IMG/VR virus record: IMGVR_UViG_2547132108_000003
Span: 854 to 64,853 of that record
Source of the DNA: a virus
Lineage: Duplodnaviria > Caudoviricetes
Length of the DNA: 64,000 nucleotides
Direction: 5' to 3' (one strand)
Below, in pieces: positions 49,301-57,522 of the stretch. Every line of letters starts with the position of its first letter. Position 1 is the first letter of the stretch. Below the pieces are notes generated by a model, which saw nothing but the letters and a program-made list of their open reading frames with translations, did not search any database and was not told the origin of the DNA. A program made the translations under genes and the position numbers.

Positions 49301-49584
49301 TGGAAAGACTCCACAAGATGTTAAATCTCGGTGATGGCGAAGAGTTATCAATTCTGAAACAAGGTGAACTGGTTATCAAAAACAACCCGATTGATATCAT
49401 CAGTAATTTAATTAGCAAGATCAAGTTACCTGACTTTTCGAACTTATCGTTCCCAAAGGTTGCTGCTGGTACTGCTGGCAATAGCCTTACAATTAGAATT
49501 GATAACGTAATTGGTGATAAAAAAGGTGCGGAGGATGCGGCAGAGATAATTTACAGTAAGCTTCGTGCCAAAGGATGGGTGTAA
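43357..49584 (+). CDS. tail tape measure protein (TP901-type core, YomI-like position)
   Basis: 2075 aa; LDSQIVHLKRV..KLNEVDNNYSVS core; long coiled coils; YHDGGIVG near the end. Confidence 0.92.
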   Translation: MSDLRILVSATLNEKRSIVDLNEAIKKIQNDPALQKLKLNIDIDQKFAKSINEFTDALNKMKQVSENQNKVISENTEIFKRLDGTVQQVTQKVLKNGEIIQRTKTIHDENKKAMVDESQAATKLAESIDKLNKTEIDSITINKNRSNKPTGYTIKSSEGYSVTTKRLEPDGETLKSSTTTTNYLKQRLDEIKEQKRINEQAEALDRAHFMAIRDNNKRIEEMEKLHTLALQQNLKRDEDYLNKKALLQTRIADLKRRYSGDTNVVTSLSELERSLSSVSKVGYAKGFKEIELSIKRIGSEAKTSGSNARSMSEEMGIALSRLTTWGLATTAIYGTKRALEQMIKTIIELDSQIVHLKRVMDEDTNFDQMLKGSTDIANQLGQKVTDINKALIDAAQAGYKSQEALDITKTSVVASNVSDMSPQQAMSDMIAAMKAFNIEAKDSIKIVDKLNEVDNNYSVSTRNLADAVTHAGAAAKTYGVSLDQLIGYTTAIGEVTRESGSVIGNMQKSIFSRLFTDASISALHSVNVEVLDFNGENRKASEILSDLGEKWKSLSATQQANVGVTVAGRNQLTRFLALMNNWDTAVKATQTSLNSQGSAMRENSQYMQSMQAKINLLATAWEHLSYTVGNNGLKGLFTGIVESLTKLSKGFAELTEATNGWNIKLPLIAGGVYGAVRAIQVLSLSIKGLKLSLGLIGIGLVAVESLISYFMESKKAAELNTEALIENANQTKSNADKLEDLVNKHNQLKSEVDNGSGSQEELQKVLSQINDLYPQLIQRTGEHGKALSLNTEEAKKQIEALRQMSNEQLKLAQQANAMKINDLESKIEEAKNKLKSKGEETTNKFNQKVELEVFFNAKTAETAKENYRKMVESLQSQMDSDKSGQNYLAIKRQVDELSEKYRQFNVLLRESGASFDEYYNIVKDKQGFEQELKGATQEKKLINSLLEGKAALKKSTEESKIVVDEETEAIKIRNDRLLDLAGIQRKLAETLETTVEKAKPLNDAIDKLNEGHSLTSSEITGLLKNYPDLFNAFTEENGHLKINTQALETKRDAIINEATLSIDAEQRKVDAQRTALAARLTAYSDEIKAIKSAAEAKSLQSKIWQEAEDAMRKDGVAGPAFVPSQDLDALEAIGAAQETIDNIRKAAQGGFKFDNNINSKKEKKQKQEIQLKDALEEQDLTKELIASFQGEYEARKKINEAIERRIKLNEKQKDYNKAITETTELIKSQEQSVLDLESANQKLHQEANQVRDNHSKFNKTDLSNEEFFNSWFDINDEATPAYKEFINTFAKRSQAIHDDNSLSNEKKNELIDDLKKQQKEAEDTFQHLHLLKNAYADNTVKINEMSDAIEVSNERIRNFRKQATEELLKSVDVQIQKSELAMSAYTDTSSEYRAEQEKQIGLLQTKMDIVNAEREAIETRLSSGKLSTDQIKLENERLNELNVNLSELGKKQSDLRFSKISSEIKESADKLQKYDDELKISKERMEMFDEKSKEYSAELTNQTKILKDKLSAEEAHEAMIRKSMETVGLTAETYAKLKDELRKTILAQADTIGAMKQNVLDQQKKLADDVIEIYKTMYEKQKEVRQKALEKEEEELEKSHKKKVDALDKEMKKYEELVQAKLKALDDQASEDDYNKQLAKMQKERDEIQKQIDIKSLNNSPEAKAALADLNKKLEEKNEEIDKFTTNRSRELQKKGLQEQLDDKKKNVDAEKETADKTLENEKERIKKQKEYWDRYYDNLINDDRRFAQIREEIMRGSTERVKQDFDGFKSFLVANNETIGQSISLNLSDKMDTVSSKLQTTSEMLRSTVGNLANEFNNNLAKSLDNVLSKLREIDNLKFGNMTSQISNISSIIDEMRKNSVDWHSSSPEDQKKLEQRNDQLGQSIGASKDKYGEWTKDGNRLFSIYYVAQNPEEQQRIDKMKLNSQEWNRADQNRKKELEQANQWMGENIGATYGNGTWFKNGLPLYHDGGIVGGKGTPLMERLHKMLNLGDGEELSILKQGELVIKNNPIDIISNLISKIKLPDFSNLSFPKVAAGTAGNSLTIRIDNVIGDKKGAEDAAEIIYSKLRAKGWV

Positions 49585-49585
49585 T

Positions 49586-50170
49586 ATGAAAGAGGGAATT
49601 GATTTTTATTATGATGGTGTTTACAGCTTAGACATGGGCCTAATTAATTGTAAGGTAGAGAGCGGCTTCTTTGAGGAGCCATTTCTATCTCAACGTGAAA
49701 TACATGAGATTTCTGTTAGAGGGAGAGATAAGCCCTATTTTCAAGGGGTGAAGCGCTCTCCTCTTTCATTTTCTTTAACTTTTGCATTTGTTGATTATTA
49801 TGATGAAGAGAAAATAAGAGCAGTAGCAAGGTGGCTGAATAAGGATAACTACAAACCATTTTATACTAGCGATAATCCAGAAAGGATTTTTTATTGCATG
49901 TTAGAATCAGAGTCCACACTTTTACATAACGGATTAAAGCAAGGGTATGTAAATCTTAAATTTCGTTGTGATAGTCCTTATTCTTATTCCCCTGTCTACA
50001 CATCAAAACTCTATGAATGGGATGAAGTACCTGTAACATTTGGTGAATCAACATTTACTAATGGAATCTTGACCAATGTAACGACAGACGCTAATGGAGA
50101 TTTAATATTGAATTCTGCAAAGATGACATGGCAAAATATCCCCTCAACAATGACATGGAAAGATTTATAA
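49586..50170 (+). CDS. distal tail protein (Dit/YomH-like), N-terminal half
   Basis: FYYDG.YS.DMGL..EPF..RE..VRGRDKPYF..VRWL..FRCDSPYSYS; stops before the canonical C-half. Confidence 0.85.
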   Translation: MKEGIDFYYDGVYSLDMGLINCKVESGFFEEPFLSQREIHEISVRGRDKPYFQGVKRSPLSFSLTFAFVDYYDEEKIRAVARWLNKDNYKPFYTSDNPERIFYCMLESESTLLHNGLKQGYVNLKFRCDSPYSYSPVYTSKLYEWDEVPVTFGESTFTNGILTNVTTDANGDLILNSAKMTWQNIPSTMTWKDL

Positions 50171-50185
50171 GAAAGGAGGTCCCAC

Positions 50186-50821
50186 ATGTCAACAACAACA
50201 GGTAAACTTGGATTAATAAAGCCCGGAATATCTGACGAGGTGCAGCAAACTATTATTGACTTGGCTTCTAACTTTCAGAAACTTGATGATGTTGCTGAAA
50301 TATATATGAGTAATGCGCCAACGCAGGGTAATTGGAAAGTTGGAATCAGAGTATGGAAAAGTAGCCCTAACATTGGCGATTATGTAGGATGGATCAATAT
50401 TCGTCAAGGGGAAGCGTGTCCTAAGTGGAATCCACTTTTTCAGTATAATATGGGCGATAAAATTGTTCTTATAAATGATAATGGACATTATTATGAGTGC
50501 TTACAAACAGGCAGGAGTGGCCCTATTGAGCCTTCCTTTCCCACAACAGCAGGAGGATCAATTAATGATACACAAGGGGGGACTAGTTGGATTCCTACCC
50601 ACTCATACAAACTAAATGAAGTTGTGTTCCCATCAATGGATAATAATCGCTTCTATATTTGTACCGTATCAGGTGTTTCGGGAGCAACTGAGCCAGTATG
50701 GTCAACTGTAGACGGAGGAACAGTTTCAGATGGGATGGTCGTATGGACAGGTTACCGTATTGTTAAATGGATCGAAAAAGGAACCTCTGCACTCTTCAGA
50801 AATTTTGGGAAAATAGATTGA
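50186..50821 (+). CDS. tail-tip protein with carbohydrate-binding (CBM5/12-like) repeats
   Basis: N-terminal LGLIKP..D..IIDLASNFQKLD; WNP..QY..GDKIV and WIP..SY..NEVV repeats. Confidence 0.7.
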   Translation: MSTTTGKLGLIKPGISDEVQQTIIDLASNFQKLDDVAEIYMSNAPTQGNWKVGIRVWKSSPNIGDYVGWINIRQGEACPKWNPLFQYNMGDKIVLINDNGHYYECLQTGRSGPIEPSFPTTAGGSINDTQGGTSWIPTHSYKLNEVVFPSMDNNRFYICTVSGVSGATEPVWSTVDGGTVSDGMVVWTGYRIVKWIEKGTSALFRNFGKID

Positions 50822-50830
50822 GGTGAGACA

Positions 50831-51475
50831 ATGACGACTTGGGCAGGATTAACAGGTTTCATCGGTTTTCGTGTATCACCCGACTTCCCTTTGAACCTTG
50901 ATGGCGATGGTGCATTCAGTAAAATTTCTTGGAATGCTACAACACCTATAGGCACATTGGTTAAAGTTGAGACGAATGTATCATTCAATAATGGACTTGA
51001 TTGGAAAGATTGGAGAGAAGCGACTAATGGAGGCAGTATTCCAGATATTCATCCAACCAGTTCCCTAAAAAACGCATTAATCAAATATCGAATTACGGAA
51101 GAAACGAATGAAAAGGGAAAAACACCTATATTTCATGACGTTTCTTTTTATTTTGAACCAGTTCTCGATATCGATAATAAAGGAGACGTTGATTTAAAAC
51201 CCGAGATATGGATAACGAAAGTAGGCAACGGTGATTTCTCACTTATTAATACTTCAAACGCAAATGATGAATTTAAATTTACATCTTTAATAGATGGTGA
51301 AGTCGTTTATGTACATAACGAGAACGAAGATATCGAAACAAGTTTGTCAGCTACTTACCGCTATAAAAATTTTAATGACCATTATTTGACCCTACCTTAT
51401 GGTGAAAACGTGTTTCGAGTTATTGGTAATGCAAAGTTGAAATTTAGGTATTCGTACAAAACTCTCCAAGGGTAG
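50831..51475 (+). CDS. beta-sandwich domain + Dit C-terminal half
   Basis: IDNKGDVDLKPEIWITKVGNGD..YRYKNFNDHYLTLPYGENVFRVIGNAKLKFRY. Confidence 0.75.
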   Translation: MTTWAGLTGFIGFRVSPDFPLNLDGDGAFSKISWNATTPIGTLVKVETNVSFNNGLDWKDWREATNGGSIPDIHPTSSLKNALIKYRITEETNEKGKTPIFHDVSFYFEPVLDIDNKGDVDLKPEIWITKVGNGDFSLINTSNANDEFKFTSLIDGEVVYVHNENEDIETSLSATYRYKNFNDHYLTLPYGENVFRVIGNAKLKFRYSYKTLQG

Positions 51476-51483
51476 GTGTAATA

Positions 51484-53631
51484 ATGTTAGGTGAAATAGA
51501 TTTTAATAAAAAGCCAATACAGCCAAAGTTCTTTTTAGCTAAACCAGATCGGACAATTATTGCAAAGTTAAGTGAGGCATACAATGTAAATATTAAAGAG
51601 CGTGTCTCAACTCTTAATGAGTTAAGTTTGGACTTACCTTATGATATAGACTTTAATCATAAAATTATTCGAAATAAGAATGTTGACTTGTTAAAAGAAA
51701 GGTACCAAATTCTAGCCAAACTCGGAAATGAACAGAAATGGTACATAATTCATCAACTTGAAGACAAGATGGATGAGAACAAGGATGTTAAGACGGTTAA
51801 AGCTATTTTGCTGCCACATGAGTTAAGGGATAAAACTTTACGCTCAGTTAAGCTGGAATCAAAAAATGCAAAGCAAGCTCTAAATACTGTATTAGCATCT
51901 ACACTCTGGTCTCTCGAAAATCTTGATGCAGATTTTGAATTAACATATCGTGATTTTGATTTTCCAAGTAACACCGTATTGGATGCGGTTGATAAAATAG
52001 CTGAAACGTTCAATGCAGTAATTCAATGGAATACTGAAGCAAGAACACTTAGCCTAGTTAAACCTGAATTCATTGGCATTAATCGTGGATTGAAATTTTC
52101 TTACGGAAAGTACATGAAAACTCTAGCCAAAGAAACAAGAACAGATGAAATGGTGACCAGATTAAAAGCATTTGGTAAAGATGGAATGTCAATCGAGAGT
52201 GTCAATAGTACAGGCCAAAATTTCCTTGAGGATTTCAGCTATTTTATGTATCCCTTTGAAAGAGATGCAAATCGTAATGTAATCGATCATAGCGAGTATA
52301 TGAGTGATTCTTTGTGTCATGCTTTACTTGATTTCGAAGCTTTAATTAATAGCAAAAAGGATGAATTCAGTAAACTTTTAAAGGAAAAAGAGGGGCTTAT
52401 TGATCAACAATCAAAGAGAGATGCTGAGTTGAAGAATCTCAAAAATCAGGAAAAAGTAATTACTGATATTCAACTATTGCAACAGTTTGATCAAAATATG
52501 TGGTTCTATAAATTTAATTATAATGGATCTCATACTGTTCAAAATACAACAATTAGGCCAACATATTATTATACCGTTCTTGGAAAAGTATCGGATTCAT
52601 CTAATATTACTATCTCTTTAGATGGGAATTCTAAAACCTTAATTAGAGGACAATGGACTGTACTTGGTAAAATAAAGGGAAAGTCAACAACATCTTTTGA
52701 AGTGAATGGATCAGCGCAAGGAACAGAGGTATTTATTCAGATTGCTAATATTACAGAAGGTGAGTATACAGAAGCAAATAACGAATCTGCATTAATCGAA
52801 AAATACAATGTGGATAATAAACAAATGCAGATTACAGCAAAGCAAAATGAGATAAAGAATATCAATGATCAAATTGCATTAGTTAATAAGCAAATTGGAG
52901 AATTGAAAAAGGTTCTTGCTGCTGAAAACAATTTTACGAAAGAACAAATTATTGAATTGAATCCGTTCATCATTGAGAAAGAATTTGTTGACGAAAAATT
53001 TATTGATCCCAAGGATTTAATGAAAGCAGCTAAGGAAAAGTTTGAAGAGATAAAGAGACCGCAAACTTCAATTAAAATTGATATTGTAAATTTTCTTGAG
53101 GTTGTTGAAGAGCAGCGCAATTGGAATAAACTGCGTCTTGGTGACGAAGTGATTATTCAATATGAAAGATTTAATACAAAAGTAACAGCTAGAATTATTG
53201 AAATTGAGTATGATTTTGAGAACTTTAACATCAACCTGACTATTGCTAATGTAAAAGAGATTGATGATAAAGCAGATAAACTAGCAAAATATATTAATCG
53301 TGGAATGAATACGGCAGTAACTGTTGATATGTCGAAAAATAAGTGGACAAATACAATTCATCAAGCCAGTGAAATAAGTGAAATTCTTGATCGATTCTGG
53401 AATAAAGTCACAAATACAATCAATATGGCGAACAATGAGTTTGTAACCATAGACCGTAAGGGAGTTACTATCATTGATCCCAATGACCACAGTAGATTTT
53501 TAAGAGCAACGCATGGAGCACTTGCATTGACTCGTTCGAATGGAATCCGATTCGAGACCGCAATTACGCCGGATGGATGTCAAAAAGAAAAATTAAAAAT
53601 GAAGAAAATAAATAACATAATTTTATCTTAG
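51484..53631 (+). CDS. tail-associated (YomG-like) protein, N-terminal half
   Basis: PKFFLAKPD..LSLDLPY..TRLKAFGKDG..GDEVII; conserved sequence ends at TAITPDG, followed by a short basic tail. Confidence 0.85.
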   Translation: MLGEIDFNKKPIQPKFFLAKPDRTIIAKLSEAYNVNIKERVSTLNELSLDLPYDIDFNHKIIRNKNVDLLKERYQILAKLGNEQKWYIIHQLEDKMDENKDVKTVKAILLPHELRDKTLRSVKLESKNAKQALNTVLASTLWSLENLDADFELTYRDFDFPSNTVLDAVDKIAETFNAVIQWNTEARTLSLVKPEFIGINRGLKFSYGKYMKTLAKETRTDEMVTRLKAFGKDGMSIESVNSTGQNFLEDFSYFMYPFERDANRNVIDHSEYMSDSLCHALLDFEALINSKKDEFSKLLKEKEGLIDQQSKRDAELKNLKNQEKVITDIQLLQQFDQNMWFYKFNYNGSHTVQNTTIRPTYYYTVLGKVSDSSNITISLDGNSKTLIRGQWTVLGKIKGKSTTSFEVNGSAQGTEVFIQIANITEGEYTEANNESALIEKYNVDNKQMQITAKQNEIKNINDQIALVNKQIGELKKVLAAENNFTKEQIIELNPFIIEKEFVDEKFIDPKDLMKAAKEKFEEIKRPQTSIKIDIVNFLEVVEEQRNWNKLRLGDEVIIQYERFNTKVTARIIEIEYDFENFNINLTIANVKEIDDKADKLAKYINRGMNTAVTVDMSKNKWTNTIHQASEISEILDRFWNKVTNTINMANNEFVTIDRKGVTIIDPNDHSRFLRATHGALALTRSNGIRFETAITPDGCQKEKLKMKKINNIILS

Positions 53632-53639
53632 TATCCCAC

Positions 53640-53679
53640 ACATGACATTCCTGTTTATATATCCATCGGAATGTCATGT
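53640..53679. repeat. perfect 12-bp inverted repeat upstream of the endonuclease RBS
   Basis: ACATGACATTCC / GGAATGTCATGT. Confidence 0.8.
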
Positions 53680-53698
53680 ATTTTTATGAGGTGATTTT

Positions 53699-54817
53699 AT
53701 TAAATACAATACTCAAATTTTTAAAGATAAAGTATATAATTTAGTAGGCGACGAATATCAGGTTGTGAGTGAGTATGTAAACAGTAAAACAAAAATATTT
53801 TTAAGACACATAAAGTGTGAAAAAATAATTGATATTTTGCCTTCTAGTTTTCTTATGGGTAACAGATGTCGATTTTGCATGGGTGGTGTCAAGAATAGAG
53901 ATACTAAATCGTTCAAAGAAGAAGTAAAACAATTGACGAATGATGAATATGTAATACTTGGTGAATACGTAAATGCAAAAACCAAAGTGCCAATAATGCA
54001 TAAAAAATGCGGATATTCTTATGAAGTTACACCTGATACCTTCTTAAGCGGTTGTCGATGTCCCAAATGTAGTGGTAAAATGCGAAAAACTCATAATGAA
54101 TTTTTAAAAGAAATTGAAGAAATATGTGATAGTGAGTATACAGTTATAAGTACATATTTTAATTACTCAACGAAAGTATCATTGGTTCATAATATATGCA
54201 ATCATGAATACATGGTCACCCCTGCCGATTTTATTTCTGGGGGAAAAAGGTGTCCAAAATGTTTTCGAAATGACAAGAAAACCACAAAGATTTTCCAACA
54301 AGAATTGAGTAGTAAATATGGCGATGAATACACTGTATTAGGAGAATATACTGGAGCTAATAATAAAATAAAAGTCTTTCATAAAAAATGTAATAAACCT
54401 TATTACCCCACTCCTTCAAATTTACTCAGAGGTATAAGTAGATGTTCGACTTGTCAGGATTCTAAGGGCGAGGAGAAAGTTTCTAACTTTCTTATTTCAC
54501 ACAAAATTAACTTTACTCCACAATATTCGTTTAAAGACTGTAAGAGGATATTCGTTTTACGTTTTGATTTTGCTGTTTTTGATAATGATAACAATCTATT
54601 ATTTTTAATAGAATACGATGGGGTACAACACTTTGAACCAACGTTTGGCATAAGAGCATTTAAAAACACTTTATCTAGTGACGAGATTAAGAACAAATAT
54701 TGTTTATCTAAAAGTATTGAGTTGATAAGGATTCCATATTGGGAATTTGATAATATTGAAAATATATTAGAAGATAAGATAAAAAATAATAAACTTACTT
54801 ATAGCGACAGGAGGTAA
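53699..54817 (+). CDS. Vsr/DUF559-like homing endonuclease with zinc-ribbon repeats (probable AUU start)
   Basis: Four Y.VLGEY....TK....H..C repeats; SKGEEKV..LRFDFAV..IEYDGVQHF; GAGGTG RBS 5 nt before in-frame ATT 53699. Confidence 0.85.
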   Translation: MKYNTQIFKDKVYNLVGDEYQVVSEYVNSKTKIFLRHIKCEKIIDILPSSFLMGNRCRFCMGGVKNRDTKSFKEEVKQLTNDEYVILGEYVNAKTKVPIMHKKCGYSYEVTPDTFLSGCRCPKCSGKMRKTHNEFLKEIEEICDSEYTVISTYFNYSTKVSLVHNICNHEYMVTPADFISGGKRCPKCFRNDKKTTKIFQQELSSKYGDEYTVLGEYTGANNKIKVFHKKCNKPYYPTPSNLLRGISRCSTCQDSKGEEKVSNFLISHKINFTPQYSFKDCKRIFVLRFDFAVFDNDNNLLFLIEYDGVQHFEPTFGIRAFKNTLSSDEIKNKYCLSKSIELIRIPYWEFDNIENILEDKIKNNKLTYSDRR

Positions 54818-54822
54818 TATCA

Positions 54823-57507
54823 ATTAGTACTGTTGCAATTATTCAAACTCCTGAGAAAGCTTATATCGCTACTGACACAGCAATTTCAACAACTACCAAT
54901 GGGCAAATGTATAGAGTTAGCGACTTTGGTGAAAAACTTTTCGAAGTTGATAATGCAATCATATTTTGCTCCGGTACTATGCCCATTGCTTATGAAGTAA
55001 TTGAACACTACGAGGCTACTGGTAATTTTTCTATCAATCATCTCAAAGAAAGCGCAGAAACGATTTTCAATAAATATCAATCTGTATTTGATAATCCTTC
55101 ATTAGAATTGATATATGTGAAGAAAATTTATACGAAAATAGTTAATGCTCAAATTTCTTCTTATAATAATTTTAAGATTATTTATCACAATGTTGATGAA
55201 GGTGTCGGTGTATTCACTGGCGGAATAAAAACTGAAGAATCATTGAATTATTTGGTTGATAAGATATCAACTGGCGAAGTTAATGTAAAAACATTGTTTT
55301 CAAATTTATTTAATTCTATAGCGTTTGAAGGTACTGGCGGATTTTTGAAATTATACGAAGTTAAAGATAAACCAAAATTAATACTTCATAAAAAAATTGA
55401 GGATTGTCATGTTGAACGCTTATTTGCCTCTTCTAAAGAATGTAATCTTATCATAGCCGAACAAGTGCTTGGTAAATTGATCCTTGGTGAACGTGTAACA
55501 ATTGGCGATCCAGATGGAGTGTGGCTTACTGAAGGTCCTAAGACCACCATAACAGATCGTTGTGGACGTGAGGTAATGAAGTTAGGCCTGTACGATAAAA
55601 ATCCTGATAAGTTTGGAATGATTGTGAATCGCTATGCTTCAGACGACTGTAGCTCTAAACAAGTCATTAATCAGTTTATTGTTAACGGTAATGATGGAAT
55701 TAAAATAACACAATGGAACGGCAAAGATTTTAAAGACAAATTCTATGCCGATACTAATGGTCTGTTGATGGCTGAAGACATGACAACCAAAAGACTCAAA
55801 ATCCTAAGTGATACAAACGAATTAATGTTGGATAGTTTCACAAAGTACATGGATATTGGGAAGTTTGATAATATCATCACGGACGGCAAATTAACTGCTA
55901 TTGAGAAGCTACAAGTTAAAGGTGAACGTGAGCGGATAATCTCCGAGTATCAAAAATTATTGGCTCAAGCAGAGATTTATAAAAGTACTTCTAGAGATAA
56001 CACAATACGCATAGATCCAACTTCATTCACAAATAGATATAACGAATTGATTGCTTATCTCAATCCATTGTTGTCCAATATGGATGAAACTACAGTTATT
56101 GATCGAAATGAATTCATACAAAAGTTTAAGCGTTATTATGATGAAGTAACCAATATTGTAAACGCAATAAATGATTCAATCAAGTATTCATCTTTGCAAT
56201 TAGGAACCTTCTATAATGATATGGTGCTTGACGCAATCAATGGAATAACTGTTACAAGAAATGATAAAAGTTACAGGACAAAAGTAAATGCTACTGAAGG
56301 AATAAAAATACAAAAGAACATTGGCACTCAGTCCTCGCCTAATTGGAGTGATCGATTTTTCGTTGATACCAACGGTAACTTGAATTTAAAAGGATACTTC
56401 CAAGCTGGTGAAGGTGAGCGAGTATTTACCATTGACAGCAATGGACTTGCATTGGGGAGTTCGATATGGGCGAATGCTCCCTTCCGTGCAGATTATCACG
56501 GCAATGTCTACATGAATCGTTTAACTGCTGATACAGCGGAGATAAAGAATTCGTATTTTAGAGATGGTCATATTGTTGGGTCCGATCTAACAATTGGTGC
56601 TGGAAATCAAGTATTCAAAGTATTTCCAAACATCGGGATATGGGCTGGCAATCAGAACTTTAATGATGCACCATTCTCGGTTGACTTGCAGGGTAGAATG
56701 AAACTGAAAAATGGCAATAATGAAGTGTTTATTGACACTGTGAACAATAACATGTATCTCAATAAAATGAATCTTATTGGAGCAGGTGTAATTACAGGGC
56801 AGCAGTTAATAGTACATTCTGTGATTGCTGGTGAAGCAACAATTAATGATCTAACCGTCAACCATCTTAAAACGATGAAGAAGGAAGCAAATGTTGGCGA
56901 AATAGTCGATTATCAAGATATTAAGGACAATTTTCATAAGTTTATAACAGGAACGGTTGCTTCAAAATCTCATGCAAAAGCAGACAATGGCAAGCCACTT
57001 TATTGGGTAGATGCAAATAAAAAGTATCAAACATTTGATGTAACACCTTATCCAGTTGATGCCTATACTTTCTCAGATGTTCAGGAAAAATCAGTTAAGA
57101 CGTTCTTGGGTTCTGGTGCTGACGCTAAGCCATTTGAAATTGATGGTGCAGGTGATGGAGGCGCTAAGGTTTCTATTGATGGAGTTGAGTATGAATCTGC
57201 TAGAGCCTATAAGCTCAAGTACAATGGCGGTGTTGTTTACAGGTATTTGAGTAGCAACTATGCAAAAGAGCGAAAGTTATCTCTTGCGGATGACGGAATT
57301 TATTTGAAGTCAGAAGAAGAGAAAATAAATATTGATTCTAAAAATTTGTATGCGAATTTATCAGGGGAATTGAAAATAACACATGATTCTGGTTACAAAT
57401 TTGAAATTACGAATGATAGCATTGTATGTACTGATCCAAGTGGTAACTTCTTTAAATTGCAAAACGGTGTATTAAGTGCAAGTGCAAATGAATATAACTT
57501 TGCATGA
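54823..57507 (+). CDS. Ntn-hydrolase (proteasome-beta-like) domain fused to the C-terminal half of the tail protein/spike (probable AUU start)
   Basis: AGGAGG 8 nt before in-frame ATT; STVAII..YIATD..GEKLFEVD..CSG..TGG..GTGG; from 55450 IIAEQVLGKLILG, then tail-fibre-like APFR/APFS repeats. Confidence 0.8.
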   Translation: MSTVAIIQTPEKAYIATDTAISTTTNGQMYRVSDFGEKLFEVDNAIIFCSGTMPIAYEVIEHYEATGNFSINHLKESAETIFNKYQSVFDNPSLELIYVKKIYTKIVNAQISSYNNFKIIYHNVDEGVGVFTGGIKTEESLNYLVDKISTGEVNVKTLFSNLFNSIAFEGTGGFLKLYEVKDKPKLILHKKIEDCHVERLFASSKECNLIIAEQVLGKLILGERVTIGDPDGVWLTEGPKTTITDRCGREVMKLGLYDKNPDKFGMIVNRYASDDCSSKQVINQFIVNGNDGIKITQWNGKDFKDKFYADTNGLLMAEDMTTKRLKILSDTNELMLDSFTKYMDIGKFDNIITDGKLTAIEKLQVKGERERIISEYQKLLAQAEIYKSTSRDNTIRIDPTSFTNRYNELIAYLNPLLSNMDETTVIDRNEFIQKFKRYYDEVTNIVNAINDSIKYSSLQLGTFYNDMVLDAINGITVTRNDKSYRTKVNATEGIKIQKNIGTQSSPNWSDRFFVDTNGNLNLKGYFQAGEGERVFTIDSNGLALGSSIWANAPFRADYHGNVYMNRLTADTAEIKNSYFRDGHIVGSDLTIGAGNQVFKVFPNIGIWAGNQNFNDAPFSVDLQGRMKLKNGNNEVFIDTVNNNMYLNKMNLIGAGVITGQQLIVHSVIAGEATINDLTVNHLKTMKKEANVGEIVDYQDIKDNFHKFITGTVASKSHAKADNGKPLYWVDANKKYQTFDVTPYPVDAYTFSDVQEKSVKTFLGSGADAKPFEIDGAGDGGAKVSIDGVEYESARAYKLKYNGGVVYRYLSSNYAKERKLSLADDGIYLKSEEEKINIDSKNLYANLSGELKITHDSGYKFEITNDSIVCTDPSGNFFKLQNGVLSASANEYNFA

Positions 57508-57522
57508 TAAGGAGGAGAGAGT

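Noticed and set aside
49586-51475. Dit split caused by sequencing frameshifts
   Set aside because: The downstream fragments have proper RBS and ATG starts, and an intact unrelated gene lies between the two halves
53578-55449. Group I/II intron interrupting the tail gene
   Set aside because: No recognisable P7/domain V core; the gap is almost entirely coding; no U|...G| splice pair restores the PDG-IIAE frame
53578-55449. Classical split intein (Cys start, ...CN end)
   Set aside because: N-overhang is only 17 aa and lacks block A/B; no His-Asn followed by C/S/T (+1 would be Leu); the C-side domain looks Ntn, not HINT
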